Positions 48,501 to 62,400 of a stretch of 64,000 nt of DNA are shown here, one piece after another. A program made the position numbers and the translations under genes. Position 1 is the first letter of the stretch; each line of letters starts with the position of its first letter. The stretch is from Podarcis liolepis. Taxonomy: Eukaryota. The notes beneath the pieces are model-generated. The model searched no databases. It was given only the letters and a program-made list of their open reading frames with translations, and had not been told where the DNA came from. The stretch lies in assembly GCA_965112155.1 (NCBI GenBank), contig OZ218107.1; one strand, given 5' to 3'.

Positions 48501-50823
48501 CATAAAAAATGCAAGTTAAAACTGCCAGTAATCAACAACAACATTCTTAAAAATACCAGAAAACAAGGGCATAGTAATGAAAAGTGATTCTAGGCAGAAA
48601 TACCAGAAAACAAGGGCATAGTAATGAAAAGTGGTTCTTTGTCCGTATTACATTATATTCCGCTTAGCTGATATACATTTCTACAAATACAGTACTGCCC
48701 CGCAAGACGAATGCCTCGCAAGATGGAAAACTCGCTAGACGAAAGAGTTTTCCGTTTTGGAGGTGCTTCGCAAAACGAATCTCCTATGGGCTTGCTTCGC
48801 AAGACGACAATGTCTTGCGAGTTCCTGCTGGTTTTTCCCCCTCCCCCCCTTTCTAAGCCGCTAAGCTGCTTATCAGCTGATCCGATCAGCAGATAAGCCG
48901 CTAAAAGCCGCTAAAAGCCGCTAATAACGCTAATCCGCTAATCCTTCAATGGGCTTGCTTCCCAAGACGAAAAAAACGCTAGATGAAGAGAATCACAGAA
49001 CGGATTCTTTTCGTCTTGCGAGGCACCACTGTAGATCTGGCTCCTGACAAAAATACTGGACTTGATAGAGTCCAAAGAACTTTTCTTATAATATTTCTAA
49101 GCACATTTTTTAAAAAACAAACCTATCCAGACCTGTGTTATTTCGTTCACTACGACGCGATGGCATCTCGCTTCATATTCGGGACGTACTTGTTCTTCTT
49201 GCTCCAAGAACTCAACAGTGTCCCATTCGTATTCCAGCTCAGCCTGCCGTCTTTTCCAAAACTCCAGAAACAAAGTAACTGATGAAAGAAGGATTAAGCA
49301 AGGATTATTTTAGCTGCTGAGGATTACGAATCCAAGGTTTATTAGTTTTCTTTGCCAATCTGTGAAGAAATGGAGTCAAATCTTGCCAGTTGATGGAATG
49401 GCAACTAGGTGTTTATAAGGAAAACAGTAGAAACTATTTTTTGTTGTTGTTTTTACTTAAATTGTCTTCTTTTTGTGATGCATCATTATTTCTATATGTG
49501 CAGAAAGAACTCACAGCAGCCAGTGTGGCCAATGGTCAGAAATTATGTGAGCTGTACAGTCATATCTCATGTAACGTTTGCTTCATGTTACGTTTTTTCA
49601 GGTTGCGCCCCACAGCGACCTGGAAGTACTGGAAAGGGTTACTTCTGGGTTTCACCACATGCGCACAAGCTCCAAATCGCGCCGCGCACCTGCGCAGATA
49701 CGGTGCTTCAGGTTGCGGGCTTTTCAGGTTGCAAATGGGCCTCCAGAACGGATCCCGTTCGCAACCAGAGGTACCACTGTACTTCAATAACATCTGGAAG
49801 GCCACAGGTTCCCCACTCCTGACCTAAAACATACTCAAGTCTCCTTTAGAGATACACATTGCAGGGGAAGGTTACCACTGTTTTTCAGGGACCCTTCTCT
49901 GCTGTTACTGTTCTTTTCATTGAGAAAAGGTAAAGGTAAAGGGATCCCTGATCATTAGGTCCAGTCGCGGACAACTCTGGGGTTGTGGTGCTCATCACGC
50001 TTTATTGGTCGAGGGAGCCGGTGTACAGCTTCCGGGTCATGTGGCCAGCATGACTAAGCTGCTTCTGGTGAACCAGAGCAGCACATGGAAACGCCGTTTA
50101 CCTTCCTGCCAGAGCGTTACCTATTTATCTACTTGCACTTTGACGTGCTTTCGAACTGCTAGGTTGGCAGGAGCTGGGACAGAGCAACGAGAGCTCACCC
50201 CATCGCGGGGATTTGAACCACCGACCTTCTGATCGGCAAGCCCTAGGCTCTGTGTTTAACCCACAGCACCACCCGTGTCCCCTGGTAAATTTCAAGCTGC
50301 TGGCTTTGGTGTATAAAGCCCTATACAGTTTGGGACCAGGATATCCAAAAGATTGTCTCAAACCTTATATACCCAAATGATCAAAGTACTGTGCAGATGA
50401 GGGCCTTTGCCAGAAGCCAGGAGGTCCTTTCTGCACAATGTAGGAATTGGGCCTACATTGATTACAATGGAGAAAAGAGGAATGCTTCACTAGTGTTGCA
50501 AAAACTGTGCCTTTTGAGCACATATGGAAGCTGAAGGACTTAAGGAGAGCTGTGCTTCTCTGGACTGGACCAAAGGCCCAGCCAGTCCAGCCCTACATCC
50601 TCACAGTGGCCAATTGGATGCCTATAGAAAGCTCCAAAGCAGGCGGGACATGACTGCAACAGCAGCATGTTTCACATACAACAAACAATGCAACTCAATA
50701 ACAGTGCTGGATGATGTGCTTTCTTCTAGCTACACGTTGCCTCAATACACTTTTTTTGTAATCCACAGCTCTTGTTAGAAACTTGAGGATCTCTGTTATA
50801 TGTATGAAAGCTGTGGGTAACGT

Positions 50824-50871
<48 letters not shown>

Positions 50872-53453
50872 GATGCAATGCTAACTCAACCATGGTGTTT
50901 TTTATTGAAGATTTCTTAGTTTACAAAAATACGTGCATTGTCTCTTTTTCTAAGTTGTGTTTTCTACAGATCAGTTCCAGTTGTGGTGAGACATTAGTGT
51001 TGCATGCAGTGTTGCATGGGAGGAAAACAGGTGGAGGGAGATGGTAATGCTACTCGTCTTCTACTTAGTGTATGTGTGGGGTTTTAACTCAGCCATGGTT
51101 AAGACAAGAACAAGGGCCTGGGACTTACCCCCACCTGTCTTTGGTATACATTGCCCCTGCTCACCTTAACCATGATTGGTGCCTACTCTAAGTAGAGTTT
51201 TCAGTTAGCAAGGATTTGAATCTTGCAGAAGCTATGCTGTTAGAACACCACTGTGGGAAGTGTGCATGTTACTATAATGCACTAAAATAATGTGTTGCAT
51301 CATTGGAAATCCCTGTATTAAATTATAATAGCACCAGAAAGCCATTTCGCATGGTGAAGCAGTTGGCTGTTGGGTGACATGACCCATGAGCACTTCAGTA
51401 AGTTGTTCTTCCATTACTGTAATTATTATTGTTAATAAATATTTAAGAATTATGAATTACTGGCAAGTCTTTTATATTCAATTTAAATATTGTAGAAAAT
51501 ATGTAGTTTTGGTCCATTTTAATGTTAAGTGTCGGAGGACTAAGTTGCAACATACTTAACATTGAAAGCCTGTCGTTGTCAATTTGTAATATTTGCCTAA
51601 AATGTTACAACGGCACCTTTCTGTATATTCACCTTTACAGAGTGCTAATGGTGGCCTAAATGTTATGTGACATACTGTGCAATTAGATTTCAATACAGCA
51701 CTAATTTTAATCACCAGCAAGCAAGCATGGTGATTAAACAGGGTGGATTAATGCTAGTTATTGTGACCTTGTAAATAGCATCTATTCAGTGAAACAAGAT
51801 GCTTTCTGGGTAAAAAACAACAACCCAAAACTTTACCATGACCATTTAATACATTAGTTGCTAACAACTGTTATGTGTATAGAGTCATAGAATAGAATAA
51901 GGGACCACGAGGGTCATCTAGTCCAACCCCCTACACTGTGGGACTCTTTTACCCAACATGGGGCACAAACACATGACCCTGAGATTAAGAGTCTCATGCT
52001 CTACCGACTGAGCTATCCAGGTGTGCAGTAGTATATGAACTAATAAAATGAGGAAAGAAGCAAACGTTTTCTCACCCACACAAGTGCCTCTTTCCTGATG
52101 TAATAGTTTATCACATGCAGGGTTCTTTTTAAAGGGGGAGCACACACAAAAATGAAACCCTTACCTTCAGTCTGAAATGGGACACTCCAGAAGTCTACCC
52201 ACAGCAACAAAGCCATACAGTGGTACTTCAGGTTACAGACGCTTCAGTTTACAGACACTTCAGGTTACAGACTCCGCTAACCCAGAAATAGTACCTCAGG
52301 CTAAGAACTTTGCTTCAGGATGAAAACAGAAATCGCGCAGTGGTGGCAGCGGGAAGCCCCATTAGCTAAAGTTGTACCTCAGGTTAAGAACAGTTTCAGG
52401 TTAAGAACGGCCCTCTGGAACAAATTAACCCGAGGTACCACTGTATTTTGGCTTTGGTTTGGATTTAACCCCCCCAGCCCCCCCAACCTCCTGCCTCAAA
52501 TAATGTATTTGAAAATAGCTTACCCCATACTCCCATAAATACTGCAAACACAAGTGTTCCGAAGCTATCGAAGATACACAGCTTCTGGAAAGCATTCGGA
52601 AAAATAGGGGTTAGCATACAATTTTGCATTGTTTTTTGGCACAGCTAAAGAACATAGGCTGTTACACAACACCTAATTTCATAAGAGGGGCTACCTATGC
52701 ATGGAAACAGATTTCCACATGGCAGACCATCTCTTCTGCCATGGAAATGGAAGCCCCACATAGACATTTGGCATCCTTGCAGGTTGCATACAATGCCACA
52801 AGAAAAGCATTCTTTATCATTTATGGGGAAGGACTGAACTCAGACACCTCCTTGCTGCTTTCTTGCCCCACAGCTAATCAGCTGAAGACATTGACCATCT
52901 GCTTGCTAGAGGGGAGGAAGCGTTTGCCAACTGGAAGCAATGGCCATGGCACACAGCTTGCTACTGTTTGAGAAGTTGCCTTGATAACAGCCTGCATTTT
53001 ATAGTTAAATAAAGTTTCCTTTTTTTAGTGTTCTGCCAAGTTTTAGAAAACAGAACTGTAACGCCAATCTAGTCCCACATTATGGAAAACAGCAAAATAT
53101 GTGATACATAAGGTTTTTTGTTTTGTTTTGTTTTTAAAGGCAAATCATTTTATAACGCCTACTTATCCTGAAAAGAGAGGCAAAATACGTTTCAGTGCTG
53201 GGAATATTAAATGCATACATAAAAACCTGAGCAAACTGAAAACAAATGAAATGTCAAAAATTATATATTCCCAATGTGATGGCAGCAACCATCAGATGAT
53301 AATATGGTTGTGTAAAACTAATATCACAGATTAGCAGCTCCAGCTGCTGCATTCTTATCATCATATAAACAAAAGATCTACCAGTGGAAGGCAAACTATA
53401 ATGTGATAAGCTTATCACATGAAAAGCATGCTAAGTCTAGGTCTATTAAAACA

Positions 53454-53492
<39 letters not shown>

Positions 53493-56400
53493 AAAATGAT
53501 TTCATATCTTTGCTCTGTTTATTCAATTTATTTCATTCTCATCTCTATCATATCCCTTATATTACTCTTCTAAAGTGAGGTTTGGGTCACTCTATTTATG
53601 AAGGAGAAGAAAACAGTTTGTGGCCAGGTCTGCCTTGCCATAAGAAGCACCAGACTATCACTCTTGCTCCTTCAAACACAGATGCGCAGGACAAACCACA
53701 TGTAGACAGGAGCAATTCAAGTTAATGGACTATCCATTTTCCTAAGGATACTTCATAAAGCCAAAACTCATTTACCTGAGCAAACAGATGGGATACTGAA
53801 AGACAGTATAGGAACTTGCCTTCAAGTTTCACATCCCAGTCAAATAAAAATAGACACATTTATCTAATGAGCTTTTCCCTGAGGTTGTCTTTTAACTTAA
53901 CCTTCGCACAAGTTCAATGATTGTAATCAGTAAGTTGCATTCTCCCCTTTTCATTAGTGGTCTCGTATTATTATGTAGTATCCATCCTCTTTTCTTTTCT
54001 TTTTTTCTTTTGCATGTATTTCTAACTTCGCTTCAAAATAAAATTTCATGCCCCAGAAAACAATGCCTTTCCATAATCCGCTAGAGTAAATGTTGTTGTT
54101 ACCTTGGATGATTCACAGGTGATTGTGAGGTTCCAGTATGTACATTCTTGATCACATTGGGGGCACATGATGATTTTACCTCCTATGTTCGGGTCACAGA
54201 CTTCCTGGCTAAAATTGAAAGGATCCATCTGAGAGGTTGAGTAATTCAATGAACAAATTGCTTAATTCACTGCTTTCATAGTTCTCCCTGCATGCTATAC
54301 TCCCTTAAGTTTCCACTTTGCAGTTACTTCTCTAAGGCCAAAGTAGACTTTACATACAATAGTGCTTTTTACCATAGTGACCCATTTGTACAGAAAAAAA
54401 CAAGTTATGGAGAAGTGATAACTTCTCCATAACTCCATTCTCTAGGAAAATGATTGAGTGGAGGAACTGCTTAATCTTCTCCCATCTTCTGTTTCTCTTT
54501 CCAAAATGCCACCCCTCTAAGTGACTTCTTGCAACTGAGTTCCAAACACATCTTCTGTATGTAGACTGCAGTAACTTATCTTTCATTGTTCTTCAGCTAT
54601 AATCTTAAAACCCTTTGTGTAGCATAGCCCTGTTGATTTATTTTTCCCCATCACTATTTTGTGTTTTATTTTATTATCGTTAGCACCACAATTTTTAAAA
54701 TTCATAAATCAAACTAATATTTATACGGGTTTGTGAGTTTCAACAGCAGATTTTCTTCAACTGATTTCAGCTGAGAGTTGTATAAAAAGAACTGTTGAGA
54801 TTTCCCTCTAAGCCTATGGTATGTCCAGAAGAGAGGATCGTTAAAGATTTGCAAAATATATTACTCTAGAGAACTATGAAACAAAGGAATAAGAGCAGAG
54901 GCAAAAAAATAAGTTTGAGAAATTGGTCATAGATGATAGGAGATTTGTGGGGCAATACAGTACCACACACTGAAGATTAGCTGGCCTTAGCATACTTTAA
55001 CCTTTTCACACTGAATGCATACCATTCAACACTTCAGAGAAGACAGATGTCCCATTCCATAATGATAATTTTACTATTTATACCCCACACAACTTACTGG
55101 ATTGTCCCAGCCACACTGGGCAGCTTTCAACATATATAAAAACAAAATAAAACATTAAACTTTTTTTTAAAAAACTTCACTATACAGGATTGCCTTCAGA
55201 CAGCTCAGGGGTTCAGATAACGCCATACCCTCCAACATTTAACCAGTGAAAATAGGGACATCCTAAAGGAAAATGGGACATTCTGGGATCAAATCAGAAA
55301 CCAAGATGGCTTCTCTAAATCAGGGATGTCCCTGGAAAACAGGGACACTTGGAAAGTCTGTGAATGTGGTTACTCAGTAGCAAAAGGGGTGGCAACTTTT
55401 TCTAATCTTTCAAAATATGTTTGAACACTTAAACAATAACTTGACCATTCGTATGTTATTATAAAACAACAAACAGTGCAATCCTATACGTGCATGCTCA
55501 TAATTTAGGCTGCGGCCTCAACCCCACTGACTCAAAAATAATCCTCATTGAATTCTGAGTTGATAAGTTTGAGATTTCACTGAAAATCTACTGAGTTCTG
55601 CTGAACTCTGGAACAACAAATTATTATTTGGGAATGGTCCACTTAATGACATTTGGATCTTTATGCTGGATCATATGCATGCTGGATCATATCCAACGTG
55701 AACGACATGAACTAGTGCAGGTTACCTCCAAGTGCAGTTGTCCTTCATGAAATAGCCATACAAAAAGCACCCGAGTCCAACAACTGCTGCCAGGAGTAAC
55801 ATCTGAGTATAGAATCCTAGCCAGGCAAAATAGATTCCAATTTTCTCCCCATAATATTTCCTGCAGATAAAAACACATATTTAGAAACTATGGACAAATA
55901 TACAATTCCTCTCAATCCAATTATTTGGGGAAGCGAGAAACTCCTTACATTTAATGTTGACACACATGGATCATTGTGTATTGCCATCAGTTTTGTGCTT
56001 CCAGATTTCTTAAAGCAGGCTTCCTCAACCTTGGCCCTCCAGATGTTTTGAGACTACAATTCCCAGCATCCCTGACCACTGGTCCTGCTAGCTAGGAATC
56101 ATGGGAGTTGTAGGCCAAAAACATCTGGAGGGGCAAGGCTGAGGAAGCATGCCTTAAAGGAATTGAACCTTGAGGCCTCATTTGATGTGTTTATGAATGA
56201 TCTCCAAGAGCATTCAGAAGCAGCAATTCCATCTTCTTCTTCTTTTTTGTCCTAGCAAGTTTAACAAGACACTTCCTGGCACAGAGGTACAGAAATAGAA
56301 AATACTTTTTGTCTTTTAAATTTCTGCTTGTCACACAGATGTTAAGAAACCTTGGGAGCCTTGTCCCAAAGGAACTCTATCAGAGCACCACAATAACAAT

Positions 56401-59400
56401 TTCACTTGTGTTAAAATTTGTATTATATCCACAGTTGGATTCTCTACTAATGTGAAACCTCCTTATTTTGTAATTTTGCTGACGTGTAAGCCTGGTAATT
56501 TTTGGTTTAGGGCTGTTTTTATAGCTTTTGCTTAACATTTTTTTGGGGGGGGTTTAACATATTTATTTCATTTTTTAGAAACCTGGTTTCAAAGATTTCC
56601 ATTTATGCTACAGTGTTAGGGATAAGGTCAATTATAAATATCAAGAAACAAATAATTCAGTTGAATGAAAACTGCAATCCAATGCAGTCTTAGACAATGA
56701 CTCAGGAGTAAGCTCCACTGAATGAGAAGGGGTATACAGTGGATAGACATGCATAGAATTGTGCTGCAAACTACATGGCTTTGAGATAACTTCCAAGTGG
56801 GACCTTGGTTTTCTTATTCATTACACAAATATATTTAGGCATCTTGAACATTCTCACAAATATGTAACCAGTAGATGATTATACAAAATCAAACTGTCTC
56901 CAAGGAACATCAAGAGAAACAAATTAAGGTGACTTGACTAAGCTACCTGCACTCTGCATGTTTTCTCTAAAAATAATGATTATACATGGAGCAGGGAGGG
57001 ATCACATTAGAAGAAGACTTTCAGCCTCTCTCATGCTTGTCCATACCTACCTGACAAGATCTAAGGGCTGTAACTTGAAAATATTTCGAGGATGAGCCCA
57101 TTCTCTGTACAGCAGATACCGTTCATTTGGACAGTTGGGATCCTCTGACTGGTAGTTGAATCTTGACTGTGAAACAGAGTATTGAGTGGATAATTAAAAA
57201 ATTCCCACCTTCTTGAAGGCACAGTTCATGTCATGCCTTTTTAATGTCAGCTGTTGTTCAGACTCCTGCTCAAAAAAGGAATGGCTTCTCTTGTAGCGTT
57301 TGCAGTGCCTACCAGGAAATTCCTGAGGGTCAAATTACACCATTTTTCATTTAGAGGAAACTACAATCTGATGTTTTATCATGATCATTATTTTTGTATT
57401 GCTGTTGCTGTAATGTGCCGCAGCAGTCATAAATGATTTCCTGGTAGCTGCTGCAATTGACACAGAAGCTTCCCACACTATGCAGAAAAAAACCACAGAG
57501 ACGGTTAATGCTGCCCGTTTTGACATGTGAATGTCTGAGGCTATTTCTAGCTTCCTTCGAATGATAAGAGATATTAAGTAGAATAATCTTCTTCAACCTG
57601 GTGCCCTCCAGGAGCTGTTGGACTCTTGAGCTCCCATCAGTCCCACTCAGCATGGCAAACTTTCAGGGATGATGGCGTACCCTCCAAGTGGCCTGATTTT
57701 CCATGGACAGCCCAGGAATTCCGAAAGCCATCCTGGCTTCTGATTTGATGCTGGAATGTCCCTATTTCCCCCTCCAGTGCTGTTGCTGCTGAGCTCAGGG
57801 AGGAGATTGAGCCTGCGCTCAAGCAGTGGTGGCAAGGGAACATCTCGTTGCCTCTCCATAGTCTTTCCCTGGCTGCTACTGCCAGCCTCCTCTCTTGAGG
57901 AGAAGGTGCTGTCGTACCTACGGGACCGCCTCTCCTGATATGCCCCGCGGAGGACCTTAAGGTCCACAAATAACAACACTTTGGAGGTTCCAAGCAGCAA
58001 GGTGGTTAGATTGGCCTCAACGAGGGCCAGGGCCTTTTCAGTACTGGCCCTGATTTGGTGGAATGCTCTGTCACAAGAGACTAGGGCCCTGTGGGACTTG
58101 ACATCTTTCTGCAGGGCCTGCAAGACAGAGTTGTTCCGCCTGGCCTTTGGTTTGGACTCAGTTTGGACCCTTATGTTTCCCTCCCCTTATGGTTTTGATT
58201 TATGGACTACTATTAAAATGAGGCTGCATTTTAAATTATACTTTAACCCGTATTTTAACAAACTGGGGGGCTTTTTTGTCCCTCCCCCCATTATGTTTTA
58301 CTGTAATTTTATTGGTGTTAGCCACCCTGAGCCTGACTCTGGCCGGGGAGGGCAGGGTATAAAAATATATATATGATGATGGTGATTACACTAGTTGCAT
58401 TTTATTTTTTATATTATATTTATTTATTTTCAAAAAAGTGCAAACGTAACCAAAAAAAGAAGGAAAGCGAAGAACAAAACATGTGAATCACAAAACGCCG
58501 CAGTCTAGAAGGGCAAAAGCACAAAGGCGGATGATAAAGCATTATCTCACAAAAAGATTCTGTTTACAAATAATAAAGCTATAGAAAATTAAGTTTTCTT
58601 CACCTTTGAGTGAGCCATCATTACTGAAAATAAAGGTTTCATAATACCAGTTTTATTTCAGCTCAAAGAATAGTTGACAGCCTTGGGAAAGGTGATTGCA
58701 CTAGTCAAGGGAGAAAGCTCTGCTGTGAGTCTAAGGGGCAAAAGCTACCCACCACAAGCATGGGTCAAATTGGCATCTCTGAGTTAAAAGAAAGGAGGGA
58801 AAATGCACACGGCTAAAGAATAAAACCAACTCAGAGCTCAGGAATTCTATTTCAAAACCAACATGGAAGATATAAAAAAAAATGCTGAAAATAAAGCTTG
58901 GGTTTTCATCTTTTGTTCCAGCTTGAAAATCCGAGTACTTTTAAAAGGTTCATAATCTTCCTTCATATGACGCTAAACATAATTAGTTTTGTTATTTGGT
59001 CCATGGGCCAATATATTCCCCAATACTAGATGGTATTTTGCACAGACCGCTCTAAATATACATAATTCTTGTAAAGACACTGACGGCAAAAGCCAGGTAG
59101 TGACTTTGTTAAAACTGTGTATAAAATATATACTGTATTTTTCCATGTATAAGACTGCATTTTCCCCAAATTTTTAAAGTTTAAAATTGGGGGTCGTCTT
59201 ATACACGGAATGTTGCAATTAAATATTCTTAATTTTGGGCTCAAAAATAGGGGCTGTCTTATACATGGGGGCATCTTATACATGGAAAAATATGGTATAT
59301 ATCACTTAGTGTTTGCCCATTTTGCAGTATTCCAGAAAATGTACTGTTTGTCCACTGAAGTAGCTGCAAAAGAGACAGGCCACAGTTTGGCATACAGGGT

Positions 59401-62400
59401 GCTTCCAGATTGCTATGATTTTTGGGTGTGATTTTGGGTGTCAATCGCATACTGACATATTCAGGTAGAGCAATTATAATTGCTTTGGTGATGTTGTGCA
59501 ACAAATTCACTCCCCATCCCCAAATCAGGCTTTTTGTGATAAGTGAAATGCACTGGAAAGTGTATGATAATAATTCCTTGATGAAACACCAATATTACCT
59601 TCCCACAAACAAATCAGAATGAATGCTCAATATGTAGTTAATGTTTTTTTAGCCTCCCTGCAGTTTTTGCGCAAGCAAATAAGGATGAATGTTCAACAAA
59701 CAGCTAAAAGGCCAGCTAGTATTTTCTTATTGGCTTCTATAGAACCTTTTGTATCATTGTTTCTAGGATTATTTCTAGGATTGCAGGGTTGTTTCTTTGG
59801 TTTTTCAGAAAGGTACTTTTTAAAAATATTGCACTTACATCATGGAGTGGAAAAGCTGCTTTGTAGATCCCAGAATCCAGCAGCTTATTGATTCCAAACT
59901 TTCTCACGTTGTCTCTTATAGCATATTCCCCACGGCAAAGAATAAAGTGAACCTGAAAAACCCCCAAAGTTCTTTATTAATGAAGAATTGGACCAGAATA
60001 AGCTCAGGGGACATCTATCATGTGGTAGGAGTGTCTAAAATTATGCATTGTCTTGATCATTGACCTCCAACTGGTCCAGACCAAAGACCCACCACCGACT
60101 CCCACCCGGCAAAAGGGGACCGACTTTTACAAATTCACTTCTGATGTATACTTAATAGTGCTAATCAGGCACATTATTAATCCTAAAATGGCAGTTCATG
60201 GAGCAATATACATAGTGTTCCTTAAGTATTACTACTAAATGAAAACCACTGAAGTGGGCAGGTAGCCTGAACAGATATTCTGAAATGGGAGGTAGGTTTA
60301 CGCTGTGAATCAGGGAGAAAGGAAATGGAAGCAGGATCAGTTGAGGCATTTGGAACTTGGCAAATGGATAGAGAGAGGCTTCTCTGCCCAGCAAGGAACT
60401 TTCCCCCTGACTCAGGTCTATTTCAGGTTGCAGTTAGTGAACTAAGGGTGATGTGGCATCCCTGCTCCTTCTAACTCTCACATTCTGCAGCCAGACTCCT
60501 GTTGTCACTTACAGAACTGAGCTACCCACCACAAGTGTCCCGATTTTCCAGGGACAATCCTGGAATTACGAAAGCCATCCTGGATTCTGGTTTTATCTTG
60601 GAATATCCCTATTTTCCCCAACAGTTCTACCGCTGCTGAGCTTGGGGAGGAAGATGAGATGGTGCTTGTCCCACAAGACGGTGGTTGTGGCTGCAAGGGA
60701 GCGTCCTCCAGATGTTTTGGGACTACAACTCCCATCATCCCTAGTTAACAGGACCAGTGGTCAGGAATGATGGTAGCTGTAGTCCCAAAACATCTGGAGG
60801 GCCGAGTTTGCCCTTCTCCAAGCTACAACCCATCCCCAGAGATTGATTGTACGGTGCAAAACATTGTTCGTGCATTGTTTGGCTGGTCTGATGCTCAAAA
60901 CAGCTAGAAAAAAAATAAGTCTAGATATCTACACCAACAGAAAGTAAATTCATCCTTATGTAAATGTTGGGAACTTACTATCCGGCTCCTGGTTGCTGGA
61001 TTGAAGAAAGTTTCCTTGTCCTGTATGTAAAAGTCTGACAAACGGTCGATTTCAAATGGCGCAGTGAAAAACTCCTGCTCTGGTTTGATGATATTTTCAT
61101 CCACACTGAAGAATCTGCTAATCCACTTAAATGGTGAGTCACGTGTTTTCAGGTCATTGGGTTGCAGGGGCAATTTGATGTGCATAATTTCAGCGAAGCT
61201 GCACAGCAGTTCCCAAGGTGCGTGCACTTTTACAAATATAAGCTTTTCATCCACAACCTGCAGTGAATGGAGATTCATAGATAAAATTTCACCACTGTTT
61301 TAAGCCATTACCAGCAAAGGGACATTTTTGGACAAACTCAGCTGAGAAGTTCTCCTGCACTTGACATACCGAAAACAGTAGGAGCATCATAAGATTACAA
61401 CTGAAAAGGTGGTGCTTATTTTTTAAGAGTGCAAGGCTTGCTGGAAGTCATCATCCTCCCCTAACCTGGCATACTATTGGTTCTTCAGGGATTAAAGTGT
61501 GAATAGGAAAGACTGGTGTTCAATGAAGAAGTAGCTATTTCCTGAGGGAGAGCCTGGAAATTTCTGCTTCAACATGGCTGCTGGTCTTTCTTACAATACT
61601 TCTATCCTTGAGCTTGGGTTGCTGTCTGCTAGGCATCCATGCACACACAGAGAGATGGATGGAGAGGGAAAGAGAAAGAGACCATGCAGCGTCCAATATT
61701 GCTTCTCCTTCTGCATCCCTCATCCCTCCAAGTAGGCCTGAGCAGAGGGAAAGGAAGAAGATGCAAAGAGGTCTAGGAGTTTGCAGGTATGCATGTGTTA
61801 AGTGTAAGGTAAGTCATGAGGACTTTACCCATCACTCCTTCTGATGATTCAAAGATGATCAGAAGGTATGATAAAGATACCCAGAGGCACTTTTGGCCTT
61901 ACTGTTCTTTCATTGTTTTGAGGCTGAGACCTGGCACTGAAAGTAGATTTGTGAGTTTAAGCCATGGCACAAACTAAGCTCCAAGGAAAAGGAGATATAG
62001 GTTTTCACTGGAGAAAAGTGTCTATTAAAGGGACAAATAACTGTCTTGTTTTAAGTCAATAAATCCATCAAGCATGTTATAAACAAAGTTGTATAAAGAA
62101 ATTCTATTACTAGTTGTGATTACAAAATTTACCTCTGAGAGCAAGGTTGCTGTTTCTAAATGTTTTGATTGATGAACAATGCCAGTTGATGACACTAGCA
62201 TAAAAATGACATACGGTCATAAATATGACCAAGTTGGCTCTAAAGCTTGATTTGCTCTTGATTTTTATCACTTGCCACATGTAATATATGCAGTTGACCT
62301 TCATTGTCCACAATATAAAATATCTGGGAATTGGCAGAGGCACTGTAAATTGTGCCGGTTTGAAGAGGGGTAATTTTTCTCTCTTCAGCTTACTATATTT

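Noticed and set aside
51950-52022. tRNA-Lys gene
   Set aside because: T-arm/B box is degenerate (GTGTTTGTGCCC) and it is fused to a CR1-type tail, so it is a SINE.
55663-55692. 16-bp-period tandem ATGCTGGATCATAT next to a donor
   Set aside because: Small slippage duplication with no evidence of function.
57637-58123. 118- and 158-aa minus-strand ORFs in an ANO6 intron
   Set aside because: Antisense to an L2 fragment and across a hAT MITE; not needed for the ANO6 frame.
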